Notes: generated by a model not told the origin, from the sequence alone. A DNA stretch of 64,000 nucleotides from an uncultured Actinomycetota bacterium (GCA_963846615.1 CAWJWQ010000011.1:173140-237139); one strand, 5' to 3'. Shown: positions 9,486-20,954, numbered from the stretch's first letter. Numbers and translations are program-made.

Positions 9486-11589
9486 GTGACTGACGAGCTC
9501 CGGAGAAACCGGGACGAACACCGACCCGATCACGACACCCGCCCCGGCACTCCGGTCAAGCACTGGCTGATCGGCGAACCGCTCCCCTCCGACAAGCTCG
9601 AGGGGCAGCTGCTCCCCAAGCATCTCGCGCTCCCGATCTTCGCGAGCGACCCGCTCTCGTCCGTGGCCTACGCGCCGCAGGAGCTGCTGATGATCCTGCT
9701 GATCGGCGGGCTCGGCCTGCTCGCCGCCGGGCCGTGGGTCGCGCTCGCGGTCGTCGTGCTGCTGCTCGTCGTGGTGCTCTCGTACCGGCAGCTGATCAAG
9801 GCGTACCCGTCGGGCGGCGGCGACTACGAGGTCGCGAGCAAGAACCTCGGCGAGAAGGCCGGGCTCGTCGTCGCGGCGGCGCTGCTCGTCGACTACGTGA
9901 TGACGGTCGCGGTGTCGGTCGCGTCCGGCGTCGACAACATCATCTCGGCGATCCCGGTGCTGAACCCGTTCCGCGTCGAGATCGCGGTCGGGTTCATCGT
10001 GCATCCTCGCCGCCGTCAACCTGCGCGGGGTGCGCGAGTCGAGCAAGGCGTTCGCCATCCCGACCTACCTCTTCATCGCCAGCATCGCGGTGATGATCGT
10101 CGCCTACCTCGTCCGCGCCGCTCTCCGGCGACGTGCCGATCGCCGAGAGCGCCGAGCTCGAGGTGCAGGCCGAGAGCCTGACGCCAGGCGGCGTTCGTCC
10201 TGCTGCTGCTGCGCGCCTTCGCGAGCGGATGCGCCGCGCTCACCGGCGTCGAGGCGATCTCGAACGGCGTGCCCGCGTTCCGCCGCCCGAAGATCCAGAA
10301 CGCGCAGAAGACGCTGATGGCGATGGGCGGCGATCGCGATCGTGCTGTTCTCGGGCCTGGTCGTCGTCGCCCTGCATGGCGCAGCGTGCACTACATCGAC
10401 TGCACCGAGTTCGTCGAGTTCGCCGACTGCGGCGACGGCGACGACCCGCAGCGCAGCCTGATCGCGCAGATCGCGTCGGCCACGTTCGGCAACAACTCGA
10501 TCCCGTTCTTCATCATCCAGGCGGCGACCGCGGCGGTGCTGCTGCTCGCGGCGAACACGGCGTTCAACGGGTTCCCGCTGCTCGGCTCGGTGCTCGCGAC
10601 CGACCGCTACGCGCCGAAGGCGCTCGCCACCCGCGGCGACCGGCTGATCTTCTCGAACGGCGTCATCGCGCTGTCGATCACGGCCATCGTCATCCTGGTC
10701 GTGTTCCAGGCCGACGTCACCACGCTCATCCAGCTCTACATCATCGGCGTCTTCGTGTCGTTCACGCTCGGGCAGACCGGCATGGTCCGGCACTGGCTCC
10801 GGATCCTGCGTGGCGGCACGCGACGACCGAGGCGCGGTCTGGCGCGGCCTGGCCATCAACGCGGTCGGCGCCGTCATGACCTTCAGCGTGCTCATCATCG
10901 TGACGGTGACCAAGTTCACCCACGGCGCGTGGATCGTCTTCGTCGTCATGCCGATCCTGTTCTCGCTCATGCTCGGCGTGAACCGGTACTACCGCGACGT
11001 CGACAAGGAGATCGAGGTCGACCCGCGCGAGACGTTCGGCTCGAAGGGCGACCACGCGATCGTGCTCGTCGGCCGCATGCAGAAGCCGGTGCTCAAGGCG
11101 CTCGACTACGCGATCGCCGCGCGGCACGACTCGCATCGAGGCGGTGCACGTCTCGATCGACGACGACGGCGACCGCGAAGCTCGAGACGCGAGTGGGCAG
11201 GCGATGAACATCAAGGTGCCGCTGCGCGTGCTCGAGTCGCCGTACCGCGACATCAGCATGCCGCTGATCAAGTACATCAAGAAGCACCGGGCCGAGCACG
11301 GCTCCGAGGTCGTCACCGTCTACACGCCGCACTACATCGTCGGCCACTGGTGGGAGACGTTCCTGCACAACCACAAGGCGCGCCGCATCCGCCACAAGCT
11401 CGCGCTCGTGCACGGCGTCGTCATCGCGCTGGTGCCGTGGCTGCTCGACTCGTCGACGCTCATCTACGGCCGCCGCTCGCGACCGCTGCCCGGTCAGGAC
11501 CGCCGTGGCGAGCCGGTGCGCCCGGTGCTGCGCAAGCCGATGCCGCCCGCGCGCGCCGCGAAGAAGCCGACGCCAGCGGTAAGCGCTGA
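9486..11589 (+). CDS. APC-superfamily permease with a long cytoplasmic C-terminal domain. Several frame breaks; 3' end uncertain.
   Basis: Text reads HWLIGEPLPSDKLEGQLLPKHLALPIFASDPLSSVAYAPQELL, YRQLIKAYPSGGGDYEVASKNLGEKAGLVVAAALLVDYVMTVAVSVASG, NTAFNGFPLLGSVLATDRYAPKALATRGDRLIFSNGV and KVPLRVLESPYRDISMPLIKYIKKHRAEHGSEVVTVYTPHYIVGHWWETFLHNHKARRIRHKL. Confidence 0.8.
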
Positions 11590-11985
11590 TGATCGTGCTC
11601 GCCGTCCTCGCGGTCTGGTCGGCGGCCTCGTCGGCACCGGCCTGCGGCTCGGCATCGACGCGCTGCTCCCGCACGGTGACGACGGCTTCCCGCTGTCGAC
11701 CCTGCTCATCAACGTGGCCGGCTCGTTCGCGCTCGGGATGCTGGTCGAGCCGGGTCTGGCCGGTGGCGCCGGAGTGGCTGCGCGCGGGCCTCGGCACCGG
11801 CCTGCTCGGATCGTTCACGACCTTCTCGGCGGTGGTCGCCTCCGGGTTCACCCTCAGCCCGCGAGCAGGAGACCGGTCTCGCGGTCGGCTACCTCGTGAT
11901 CACCCTCGCAGCCGGATGGCTCGCAGCCGCCGGCGCCATCCGGCTGGGCGCGGGGCGCCCGACGCAGATCGGCCCGGAGGAATGA
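11589..11985 (+). CDS. crcB: Fluoride channel CrcB/FEX family protein, copy 1. Frame breaks.
   Basis: Text reads LRLGIDALLPHGDDGFPLSTLLINVAGSFALGML and GLGTGLLGSFTTFSAVV. Confidence 0.8.
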
Positions 11986-12342
11986 CCGTCCTCATCGTCG
12001 TGGTCGCCCTGGGCGCCGGCGCCGTCGCCGCTCTCGCGCGCTACGCCGTAGCGCTCCGGTTCGCCGGCGACGCGCTCCCCGTGGGCGGTGCTGATCGTCA
12101 ACGTCGCGGGCTCACTTGTCGCGGGCGTCGCGATCGGCCTCTCCGAGATGCTCGGAACCGGGGATCTGCCCCTCGTGCTCCTGAGCGGCGTCGCAGGAGG
12201 GCTCACCACGTTCAGCACGTTCAGCGTCGAGACGGTGCAGCTCGTGATGGTCCGCCGGGTGCGCGCCGCCGTCATCTCGGTCGCGGCCAACCTGGCCGGA
12301 GGGCTGCTCGCGGTGATCGCGGGCTGGTCCCTGACGGTCTGA
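11982..12342 (+). CDS. crcB: Fluoride channel CrcB/FEX family protein, copy 2. One frame break.
   Basis: ATGA overlap with copy 1. Text reads MTVLIVVVALGAGAVAALARYAV and LIVNVAGSLVAGVAIGLSEMLGTGDLPLVLLSGVAGGLTTFSTFSVETVQL. Confidence 0.85.
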
Positions 12343-12378
12343 TGCTCGGCGGCTTCTGAGTCAGTCTGGCCGGCGCAG

Positions 12379-12519
12379 TCAGGCCGGGCGGCCCCGGCGC
12401 GAACGGGGGCGCAGGCGAACGGCGGCGATGCCGAGGACGATGGCGGCCGCGAACGCGACGACCGCGAGGACGAGGTAGCTGCTCTCGCCCGTGGCGAGAA
12501 GTTCTGCGAAGGTCTCCAT
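12379..12519 (-). CDS. Possible 46-aa single-pass membrane protein
   Basis: Hand translation gives METFAELLATGESSYLVLAVVAFAAAIVLGIAAVRLRPRSRRGRPA. It is below the length cut-off of the supplied ORF track. Confidence 0.3.
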   Translation of the reverse strand: METFAELLATGESSYLVLAVVAFAAAIVLGIAAVRLRPRSRRGRPA

Positions 12520-12620
12520 GTCATACCGACGCGTCTACCCCCCGATCGGGTTGACATCTCGCCCCGAAATGGGGTGCGCGCGATTCACCCGGGGATTCCT
12601 AGGGTCGTTGTGGACACGGA

Positions 12621-13517
12621 TTGGGGGATGACGCAGTGTCAGCGACTCTATTGACGCACCGCCGCCGGCTGGTACCACGACCCGAGCGACTCGGGCGCGT
12701 GGCGCTGGTGGGACGGCGTGACCTGGACGGCGAACGTGCGCCCGAAGGAGGAGACGGCCCCGGTCGCCGTCGTCGCCGCTGCGCCCCGAGCGCGTACGTC
12801 GAGCCGCCCGCGATGTCCACCCCGTCTGCCCCAGGCCAGCACCGGTCGCTCGCGCCCGAACCCGCCACCGGCGCGCCCGTCCAGCCCGTCACGCTGACGC
12901 CCGCCACTCCGCCGTCCGAGCAGATCTACTGGCACTCCGCGGAGGCTGAGGTCGTCAAGATCCCCGGCCGCTCGGCGAAGACGGCCGGCGCCGTCTTCCG
13001 CAGGGGCGGCGATCGCGACGTCTCCGGCCTACGCCCGCTTCTGGGGTGAGGTCGGATCGCCGCAGACCGTCGGCATCTGGCTGCTCGCGTTCCTGCCGAT
13101 CATCGCCTCCGTGCTGTCGTCGGTCGCGCTCTTCGTGCTGCAGTCGCTGGTCGGCCCAGGCGGCATCGCCGACAGCCCGGCAAGCGCCCTGCAGGCCGCC
13201 AACACGGTCGTCGTCGGCTACGCCCTCGTCGTGACCATCTCGGCCTGGATCTTCGCCGGAAGCGACATCAAGGCGCTCCGCGTGCGCGGTTACGACCCGC
13301 CCAAGATCTGGTGGATGCTGCTGCCGCTCTCGCCGCTCGGCTACTTCATCGCGCGCGGCAAGGTGGTCCGCGCCGAGGGCAAGCGCGCCTGGCCACCGGA
13401 GCTGCTCTTCTTCCTGAGCATCATGGTCCCGATTCTCCTCGACGGTCGCCGGCATGATCTTCGCGGCGTCGATGCTCGCAGGCCTCGCCGGTCAGCTCCG
13501 CCGGCATCCCGGTCTAG
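12621..13517 (+). CDS. DUF2510-like N-terminal domain fused to a multi-pass membrane region. Frame breaks; ends approximate.
   Basis: The shifted frame reads PPAGWYHDPSDSGAWRWWDGVTWTANVRPKEE. Membrane text follows: IWLLAFLPIIASVLSSVALFVLQSLVG and GYALVVTISAWIFAGSDIKALRVRGYDPPKIWWMLLPLSPLGYFIARGKVV. Confidence 0.6.
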
Positions 13518-13543
13518 GTTTCGACACGCCGCTACGCGGCGAC

Positions 13544-14659
13544 TCAACCACCGCCGCCGTGCAGGGTGCTCAGCGTCGCGACGACCTGGCGCGCGATGGT
13601 GCGACCCGCGCGGTTCGCGCCGATGGTGGATGCGGTGGGCCCGTACCCGGCGAAGAAGACGCGCTGGTTGCGCCACGACGCGCCCTGCCCGACGGTGATG
13701 CCGCCCTCCTTCTCGCGCAGCTTGAGCGGCGCGAGGTGCCGCAGCTCGGGCCGGAACCCGGTCGCCCAGATGATGGCGTCGGCGTGCTGGAATGCGCCGT
13801 TGCGACCAGCGCACGCCCGTCGGGTTCGATCGACGAGAACATCGTGCGTCACGCTCAGCAGGCCCCGCTCGATCGCGGCCTGGATGCGGCGGGTGCGCGG
13901 CACCCCGGTCGTCGAGACGATCGACGGCAGGGCGCGGCCTTCGCGAGCCGCCTCATCCTGAAGCGCGACCGCGTTCACGCCGGACTCGATGTTCAGCTCC
14001 TGGTCTTCGAGGAACTCGACCGGACGGCGCGCGACCCAGGTGATGCTGGCGGCCACGTTCTCGAGCTCCATGAGGAAACCGATCGCGCTGGTGCCGCCGC
14101 CCGACCACGATGACGTCCTTGTCGCGGAACTCCTCGGCGTCGCCGTAGTCGACCGTGTGCAGGTGCCGGCCCGTGAAGTCGTTCATGCCCCGGATACCAC
14201 GGGATGAAGGGCGACCCCCAGGTGCCGGTCGCGTTCACGAGGATCTCGGTGGACACGTCGCGCGACCCGAACTCGCCCTCGAAGCTGACCACGAACCCGT
14301 CGAGCCCCTGCTCGACCTTCGTGACGGTCGCCGGACGCACCACCTTCAGGTCGAAGTGCTCCTCGTAGCGGGCGTAGAAATCGGCGACGACGTCCTTCGC
14401 GGGAAGCTGCCGGTCGGCGGTGTCGAAGCTGACACCGAGCTCCTCCATGCCGGGCAGGTCGTTGACCCGGTGGGCGTACCCGAGGCGCAGCGCCTCCCAG
14501 CGGTGCTGCCACGCGCCCCCGGTTCCGGGCCCGCGGTCGAGCATGACGAAGTCGTTGCCCGGGTCGAGCCCGAGGCGCCGCAGGTAGTACCCGACGGACG
14601 AGACCCGCCTGTCCGGCACCGATCACGACGACGGAGGTGTCGGTGGAACGGTCAGTCAC
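13544..14659 (-). CDS. FAD/NAD(P)-dependent oxidoreductase (flavin monooxygenase-like). Several frame breaks.
   Basis: Text reads MTDRSTDTSVVVIGAGQAGL, GTGGAWQHRWEALRLGYAHRVNDLPGME, ILVNATGTWGSPFIPWYPG, DFTGRHLHTVDYGDAEEFRDKDVIVVG and IIWATGFRPELRHLAPLKLREKEGGI. Confidence 0.8.
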
Positions 14660-14752
14660 GGGACAAGGTTACTCGGCCACCCGGGTGATAGACTTTCGCG
14701 CAGTCTTTCTCACACCCTGTTCGCCATTTCTCGACACATGAGGGGGTCACGC

Positions 14753-14957
14753 ATGGGGCGCGGCCGTCAAAAGGCTAAGCACACGAAGGTCGCACGCGAC
14801 CTCAAGTACTTCAGCCCTGACACGAACTACGGTGCACTCGAAGAGGAGCTGGCCGGCAACCCTCGTCTCGACGAGGACCTCAGCAAGTGGCCCGAGTACG
14901 TGGCCTCGGCAGACGTCGTCGACGAACGACGACGAGGACGAGTCGAAGAGCGCCTAG
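14753..14957 (+). CDS. DUF3073-like small conserved actinobacterial protein. One frame break near the 3' end.
   Basis: Text reads MGRGRQKAKHTKVARDLKYFSPDTNYGALEEELAG. An acidic tail ending DEDESKSA is readable in the shifted frame. Confidence 0.75.
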
Positions 14958-14980
14958 GCGATAGCTCGACACGGGCTCGA

Positions 14981-16091
14981 TCACCGGCGGTAGGCGCCGA
15001 CCAACCTGACGGCGCCGCCGTCGACACCCTTCGCACCCTGCACGAAGCCGTCTCGCCGTCGTGCGCGCCGACCGTCACGCGTCCGGCGACCCAGGCGGGC
15101 AGCCCGGATGCCGTGAGGGCATGCGTGACAGAGCTCGCGGCATCCGGCGTCCACGACCGCGATCATCCCGACGCCGAGGTTCCAGGTGCCCTCGGTCTCT
15201 TCGAGCGACAGGCCGCCCCACTCCGCGAGCACCCGGAACACCGGCTGCGGGCTCCAGGTCGAGCGGTCGAGCTCGACCCACGAGCCGTGCGGCAGCACGC
15301 GCGCCAGGTTGGCGGCGATGCCGCCGCCGGTGACGTGGCTGAGGGCGTGGACGGCGTCCGGGCAGGTCGTCGAGCAGCCGCACCAGCTGCTTCGCGTAGA
15401 GCCGGGTCGGTTCGAGCAGCGCGGCGCCGATCGGGCCGCCGAACTCGTCGACGCGGTCGGTGTAGCGCGACTCCGCGTCTTGGCGAGGATGCTGCGCACC
15501 AGCGAGAAGCCGTTGCTGTGCAGTCCGCTCGACGCGATCGCGACCACGACGTCGCCGTGCTGCACCCGCTCGGGGCCGAGCACGGCATCCGCCTCGACCA
15601 CTCCGACCGCGGCGCCCGCGACGTCGTAGTCGTCGGGCTGCCATGACGCCGGGATGCTCGGCCGTCTCGCCGCCGACCAGCGCGGTGCCGGTGTCGGAGC
15701 AGGCGCGCGCGATGCCCTCGACGATGGTGGCGATGCGCTCGGGGACGACCTTGCCGCACGCGATGTAGTCGGTCATGAACAGCGGCTTCGCGCCGACCAC
15801 GACGATGTCGTCGACGACCATGCCGACGAGGTCCTGGCCGATCGTGTCGTGCTTGTCGAGGGCGATCGCGATGGCGATCTTGGTGCCGACCCCGTCCGTG
15901 CTGCTCGCGAGCAGCGGCTTGCGGTAGTCGCGCAGCGCGCTGACGTCGAACAGCCCGGCGAAACCGCCGACGCCGCCGAGCACCTCGCGGCCGTGCGTGC
16001 GGGCGACCGCGGCCTTCATCAGCTCGACGGCGCGGTCACCGGCCTCGGTGTCGACGCCGGCCTCGGCATAGCTGTCGGATGCGGCGGTCAC
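14981..16091 (-). CDS. purM: Phosphoribosylformylglycinamidine cyclo-ligase (AIR synthetase). Several frame breaks.
   Basis: Text reads [113 protein letters not shown] and [19 protein letters not shown]. Confidence 0.95.
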
Positions 16092-16194
16092 CGGTCCAGC
16101 GTATCGGCGCGGGTCCGGCAGCTCGGCCCCGCGCATGAGAGACTGAGTCGTACCTCTCGGGTACGACCCTCGACATCCTGGAGTCCTCCGCAGC

Positions 16195-17652
16195 ATGTGC
16201 GGCATCGTCGGCATCGTCTCCTCGACTCCGGTCAACCAGCAGGTCTACGACGCGCTGTCGCTGCTCCAGCACCGCGGCCAGGATTCGACCGGCATCGCGA
16301 CGAGCGACGGCTCGATCATCCACATGCAGAAGGCCAAGGGCCAGGTGCGCGAGGCGTACCGCACGCGCGACATGCGCAGCCTGCTCGGCACCATGGGGCT
16401 CGGCCACGTGCGCTACGCGACCCGCGGCGACGCGAGCAAGGAGCAGGAGGCGCAGCCGTTCTACGTGAACGCGCCGTACGGCATCGTGCTGGTGCACAAC
16501 GGCAACCTGACGAACACGCGCGAGCTCACCGAAGAGCTGTTCCACATCGACCGCCGTCACCTCAACACCAACTCCGACACCGAGCTGCTCGTCAACGTGC
16601 TCGCCAACGAGCTGCAGGCGCAGGTGCGCGGGACCGACCTCGACCCCGACCAGGTGTTCGACGCGATCACCCGCCTGCACGAGCGCGTCGAGGGGTCGTA
16701 CGCCGCGATCGCGCTGATCGCCGGCCAGGGCCTGCTCGCCTTCCGCGACCCGTTCGGCATCCGGCCCCTCGTGCTCGGCAAGCGCTCGGCGGGGCTGGTC
16801 GGCGAGGAGTGGGTCGTCGCCAGCGAGTCGCTCGTGCTCGAGTCGGCCGGCTACGAGCTGGTGCGGGATGTGGCGCCCGGTGAGGCGATCTACATCGCCC
16901 GCAACGGGGAGATGTTCTCGAGGCAGTGCGCGAAGAATCCGGTGCTGATCCCGTGCTCGTTCGAGTACGTCTACCTCGCGCGGCCCGACTCGATCATGAA
17001 CGGGATCTCGGTGTACGAGGCGCGGCTGCGGCTCGGCAACCGGCTCGCCGACACCATCGCCGAGTACGTGCCCTCGGGTGCGATCGACGTGGTGATGCCG
17101 ATCCCCGACTCGTCGCGTCCCGCCGCGATGCAGGTCGCGCAGAAGCTCGGGATCGAGTACCGCGAGGGCTTCTACAAGAACCGCTACGTCGGCCGGACGT
17201 TCATCATGCCCGGCCAGGAGCAGCGCCAGCGGAGCGTGAAGCAGAAGCTGAACGCGATGGGCTCGGAGTTCAAGGGCAAGAACGTGCTGATCGTCGACGA
17301 CTCGATCGTGCGCGGCACCACCTCGAAGGAGATCGTCGACATGGCGCGCGTCGCCGGCGCCAACTCGGTGACGTTCACGTCGGCCGCGCCGCCGGTGCGC
17401 TTCCCGCACGTCTACGGCATCAACATGCCGTCGCGGCACGAGCTCGTCGCGTCGGGCCGCAAGATCCCCGAGATCGCGCGCGAGCTCGGCGCCGACTACC
17501 TGATCTACCAGGAGGTCGCGGACATGCAGGCCGCGATCCTCGAGGGCTCGCCGATCGAGCGGCTCGACATGAGCTGCTTCGACGGCGAGTACGTGACGGG
17601 CACGGTCACCGAGGAGTACCTCGCCTGGGTCGAGGCGAACCAGCTGAGCTAG
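16195..17652 (+). CDS. purF: Amidophosphoribosyltransferase. Intact 485 aa.
   Basis: Text reads [39 protein letters not shown]...[22 protein letters not shown]. The reading frame is single and unbroken. Confidence 0.97.
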   Translation: MCGIVGIVSSTPVNQQVYDALSLLQHRGQDSTGIATSDGSIIHMQKAKGQVREAYRTRDMRSLLGTMGLGHVRYATRGDASKEQEAQPFYVNAPYGIVLVHNGNLTNTRELTEELFHIDRRHLNTNSDTELLVNVLANELQAQVRGTDLDPDQVFDAITRLHERVEGSYAAIALIAGQGLLAFRDPFGIRPLVLGKRSAGLVGEEWVVASESLVLESAGYELVRDVAPGEAIYIARNGEMFSRQCAKNPVLIPCSFEYVYLARPDSIMNGISVYEARLRLGNRLADTIAEYVPSGAIDVVMPIPDSSRPAAMQVAQKLGIEYREGFYKNRYVGRTFIMPGQEQRQRSVKQKLNAMGSEFKGKNVLIVDDSIVRGTTSKEIVDMARVAGANSVTFTSAAPPVRFPHVYGINMPSRHELVASGRKIPEIARELGADYLIYQEVADMQAAILEGSPIERLDMSCFDGEYVTGTVTEEYLAWVEANQLS

Positions 17653-17717
17653 CGCGACATCCGGTGCGGCGTTTGCGATCCAGTCGAGGTCGGAACTGGC
17701 CGCCTGAGTGCACACAG

Positions 17718-17731
17718 CGAGTCTAGACTCG
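17718..17731. terminator. Perfect 14-bp palindrome CGAGTCTAGACTCG between convergent purF and the TfoX-like gene (possible bidirectional terminator stem or protein site)
   Basis: Read directly from the sequence. It lies in the 81-nt gap between the stop codons at 17652 and 17734. No U-tract follows it. Confidence 0.3.
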
Positions 17732-17733
17732 GC

Positions 17734-18069
17734 TCAGCCCTTCGGCGCCTTCGGCTTCTTCGGCTTCGGAGGCGGCAGCGCGTCGGCCGTCGCGCGGATC
17801 GCCTTCTGCAGCCAGTCGGCGTCCTCGAGCAGGTCGCCCGGCACCGAGTGGTACAGCTTCGATCCCGGATACGCCGGCGCCATCACGGTCCCGGTCAGCA
17901 CCGCGGGGTCGACCTCGCTCGGCTTGATGAACAGGGTGTCATCGCAGATGAACCCGACGACCTTGTCGTCGAAGTACATGCCGTACTCGCCGAACATCGG
18001 CTTGGTGCGGATCGGCAGCCCGGCGAGCTGGTCCTCGATGAACGCGATGGTCTCTTTGCTCGTCGCCAT
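17734..18069 (-). CDS. TfoX/Sxy N-terminal-domain protein. Intact 111 aa.
   Basis: Text reads MATSKETIAFIEDQLAGLPIRTKPMFGEYGMYFDDKVVGFICDDTLFIKPS. Confidence 0.75.
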   Translation of the reverse strand: MATSKETIAFIEDQLAGLPIRTKPMFGEYGMYFDDKVVGFICDDTLFIKPSEVDPAVLTGTVMAPAYPGSKLYHSVPGDLLEDADWLQKAIRATADALPPPKPKKPKAPKG

Positions 18070-18102
18070 CGGCAGCCCTCGCGACGACCTCGCGCTCGAC
18101 GG

Positions 18103-18357
18103 TCACGCGTGCGCGACCGGGCGAGCGAGACGCGGTCGATGATCAGGCCGATCACCGCGCCGAGCGACCGCACCGGCAGGCGCCCCGAACAGGAGGAAGT
18201 AGCCGAACGACGCGGCGAATCCGATCGCGGGGTCGGCGTGGAACATGCTGTCAGGATCAGGGTGACCAGCGCGCCGACGACCGCCCCGAGCAGGAGGAAC
18301 ACGCCGAGCTTGGGCGCACGCCGGATGCGGACCTCGGACGCTCCCGTGTTCGCTCAC
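18103..18357 (-). CDS. Small hypothetical membrane protein. Frame breaks.
   Basis: GTGA overlap with the upstream gene. Hydrophobic segments KLGVFLLLGAVVGALVTLILT, DPAIGFAASFGYFLLFGAP and LGAVIGLIIDRV lie in different frames. Confidence 0.35.
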   Translation of the reverse strand: MSEHGSVRGPHPACAQARRVPPARGGRRRAGHPDPDSMFHADPAIGFAASFGYFLLFGAPAGAVARRGDRPDHRPRLARPVAHA

Positions 18358-18731
18358 CCCTCCATCCTCTCCCACGCGAGCGGGAGGTACGGTCGCGCAG
18401 ATCCGCACGCGGATCCGGATGCCGACGACCCGGTTCTCCGCGATCGCCTCGTCCCAGCGCGAGCGAGCCGGTCGCCAGCGCGAGCCAGGTCGCGGCATCC
18501 ATCTCGACCACGTTGGGCGGCGTGCCGCGGGTGTGCCGCGGGCCCTCGACGACCTGCGCGGCCCCGAACGGCGGCACCCGCACCTCGAGGGTGTTGCCGG
18601 GTGCCGCATCGCTCAGCACCTGCAGCAGGTAGCGCGCCGCGAGCGCCGAGGGCGTCGCGATCGTCCGCCCCGGCGAGCGCCGCGCGGACGGCCGCGTCGC
18701 CGTCGGCGGCAGCGATCCGCACCCTCGGCAT
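18354..18731 (-). CDS. Sterol-carrier-family (SCP-like) protein. Frame breaks.
   Basis: Text reads ALAARYLLQVLSDAAPGNTLEVRVPPFGAAQVVEGPRHTRGTPPNVVEMDAATWLALATGSLAW. Confidence 0.6.
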   Translation of the reverse strand: MPRVRIAAADGDAAVRAALAGADDRDALGARGALPAAGAERCGTRQHPRGAGAAVRGRAGRRGPAAHPRHAAQRGRDGCRDLARAGDRLARAGTRRSRRTGSSASGSACGSARPYLPLAWERMEG

Positions 18732-18763
18732 GACGCCACGCTAGCCGCAGGTACCCTGGTCCG

Positions 18764-20051
18764 GTGAGAATCCTCGTGCTCGGGTCCGGAGCACGCGAGC
18801 ACGCCATCGTCACCGCCCTCCTGCGCGAGGACGCGGGGCACGAGATCGTCGCCGCGCCCGGCAACGCCGGGCTCGCGGCCGTCGTCGAGACGGTCGCGCT
18901 CGACCCGTCGAACGGCTCGGTCGTCGCCCGGTACGCAGCCGACAACGACATCGAGCTCGTCGTCATCGGGCCGGAGGCGCCGCTCGTCGCGGGGGTCGCG
19001 GATGCCGTGCGCGCCAAGAAGATCCCGGTCTTCGGCCCCGGCAAGGCGGCCGCCGCCCTCGAGGGATCGAAGGCCTTCGCGAAGCGCATCATGGACGCGG
19101 CGAACGTGCCCACCGGCCGCGCCATCCGGGCCGCCGACCTCGATGCCGTGGCCGCCGCCCTCGACGAGCTGGGCGCTCCGCTACGTCGTCAAGGCCGACG
19201 GGCTCGCCGCCGGCAAGGGCGTGCTCGTCACGGACGACCGCGACGCGGCGCTCGCGCACGCCGAGCACTACCTGCAGCAGGGCCCGATCCTGATCGAGGA
19301 GTTCCTCGACGGCCAGGAGATCTCGCTGTTCTTCCTCTCGGACGGGCACGATGTCGTACCGCTGAGCCCGGCCCAGGACTACAAGCGGGTCGGCGACGGC
19401 GACACCGGCCCGAACACCGGCGGCATGGGCGCCTACTCGCCGCTGCCCTGGCTCACCGATCGCTGGGGCTCCGAGGCTTCCTTCGTCGACGAGGTGCTCG
19501 ACAGCATCGCGCTTGCCGACCGTGCGCGCACTGGAGGCCGAGCGCACGCCCGTTCATCGGGCTGCTCTACTGCGGACTGATCGTGACCTCCGCGGGCATC
19601 CGGGTCATCGAGTTCAACGCGCGGTTCGGCGACCCCGAGACGCAGGTCGTGCTCCCGCGCCTCGAGACGCCGCTGTCGGACCTGCTGCTCGCGGCCGCGA
19701 CCGGCGGGCTCGGCCGCATGCCGTATCCCGACGTTCTCGAACGACGCGTGCGTCATCGTCGTGCTCGCCAGCGAGGGCTACCCCGACGAGCCGGTCACCG
19801 GCCGGCCGATCGAGGGCCTGGATGCCGCGGCCGCGGTCGACGGCGTCACGATCGCCCACGCCGCCACCCTGCTCGTCGATGGCGAGTACATCGCGACCGG
19901 GGGCCGCGTGCTCGGCGTCGTCGCCCGCAAGGCGGACTTCACCTCCGCCCGCCGCGCCGCGTACGACGCGATCGAGCACATCCACCTCGAGGGATCGTTC
20001 TACCGCCGCGATATCGCCGAGCGGGTCAGCCATGCGGAGGATCGACGATGA
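18764..20051 (+). CDS. purD: Phosphoribosylamine-glycine ligase. Four +1 frame breaks near 19181, 19515, 19552 and 19733.
   Basis: Text reads [93 protein letters not shown] and [19 protein letters not shown]. Confidence 0.95.
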
Positions 20052-20954
20052 CAGCCATCACGAGCAACCACCCGACGAACGGCGACCCGCGCATGCTCGC
20101 GCTGCGCTGGACGCACGTGTACTCCGGCAAGGTGCGCGACCTCTACACCTCCGATGCCGCGCCCGGCCGCGTGCTCGTCGTGGCATCCGACCGGGTCAGC
20201 GCCTTCGACCACATCCTGGAACCGGCGATCCCCGGCAAGGGCGCCCTGCTCACGCAGCTGAGCCTCTGGTGGTTCGCCCGTCTCGGGATGCCGCACCACC
20301 TCGCGGCGGCGCACCCGTCGCTCGGCGAGCACCTGCCTCCGGGCGTCGCCGAGCGGTCGATGCTGGTGCACGAGCTCGACATGTTCCCGCTGGAGTGCGT
20401 CGTGCGCGGCTACCTGGCCGGCTCGGGCTGGGCGGAGTACCAGGCGTCGCAGAGCATCTGCGGCATCCCGCTGCCCGCCGGGCTGGAGCAGGGCGACCGG
20501 CTCCCCGAGCCGATCTACACCCCCGCCACCAAGGCGCCGCTCGGCGAGCACGACGAGAACATCACGCTACGAGCAGACGGTCGAGCTGGTCGGAGCCGAC
20601 GACGCTGCGGCCCTGCGCGACGCCTCGCTCGCGGCCTTCACCACCGCCTCGGAGATGACCGAGAAGCGCGGCGTGATCCTCGCCGACACGAAGTTCGAGT
20701 TCGGGCGCGATCCCGAGAACGGCGAGCTCACGCTGGCCGACGAGGTGCTCACCAGCGACTCGAGCCGCTACTGGGATGCGACTACGTATGCCGCGGGCGG
20801 CATCCATCGGATCGACAGCTTCGACAAGCAGATCGTGCGCGACTGGCTGGCCGCGAACTGGGACCGGACAGGCGATCCCCCGGAGCTCCCCGCGGACATC
20901 GTCGAGCGCACGGCCGAACGCTATCGGGAGCTGATCGACCGGATGACGAAATGA
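20048..20954 (+). CDS. purC: Phosphoribosylaminoimidazole-succinocarboxamide synthase. One frame break near 20565.
   Basis: ATGA overlap with purD. Text reads VYSGKVRDLYTSDAAPGRVLVVASDRVSAFDHIL, ECVVRGYLAGSGWAEY, IYTPATKAPLGEHDENIT and RGVILADTKFEFG. Confidence 0.93.

Noticed and set aside
11520-11600. Possible fluoride riboswitch, suggested by GCCGATGCCGCC ... GCGCTGATGATCG just before crcB
   Set aside because: The resemblance to the conserved GGCGAUGG...CUGAUGAU segments is only partial, and I could not draw the required P1 and pseudoknot pairings. The GAUGAU contains the crcB start codon itself, and the stretch lies inside the permease coding region. A covariance-model search would be needed to revive this.
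12548-12606. A further phased GGGTT/GGGTG/GGGAT/GGGTC series upstream of the DUF2510 gene, considered as a fifth member of the GGGTTAA family
   Set aside because: It has no TTAA core, the spacing is irregular (24, 20 and 10 bp), and GGG runs are common in this composition. The evidence is too weak to group it with the four arrays.
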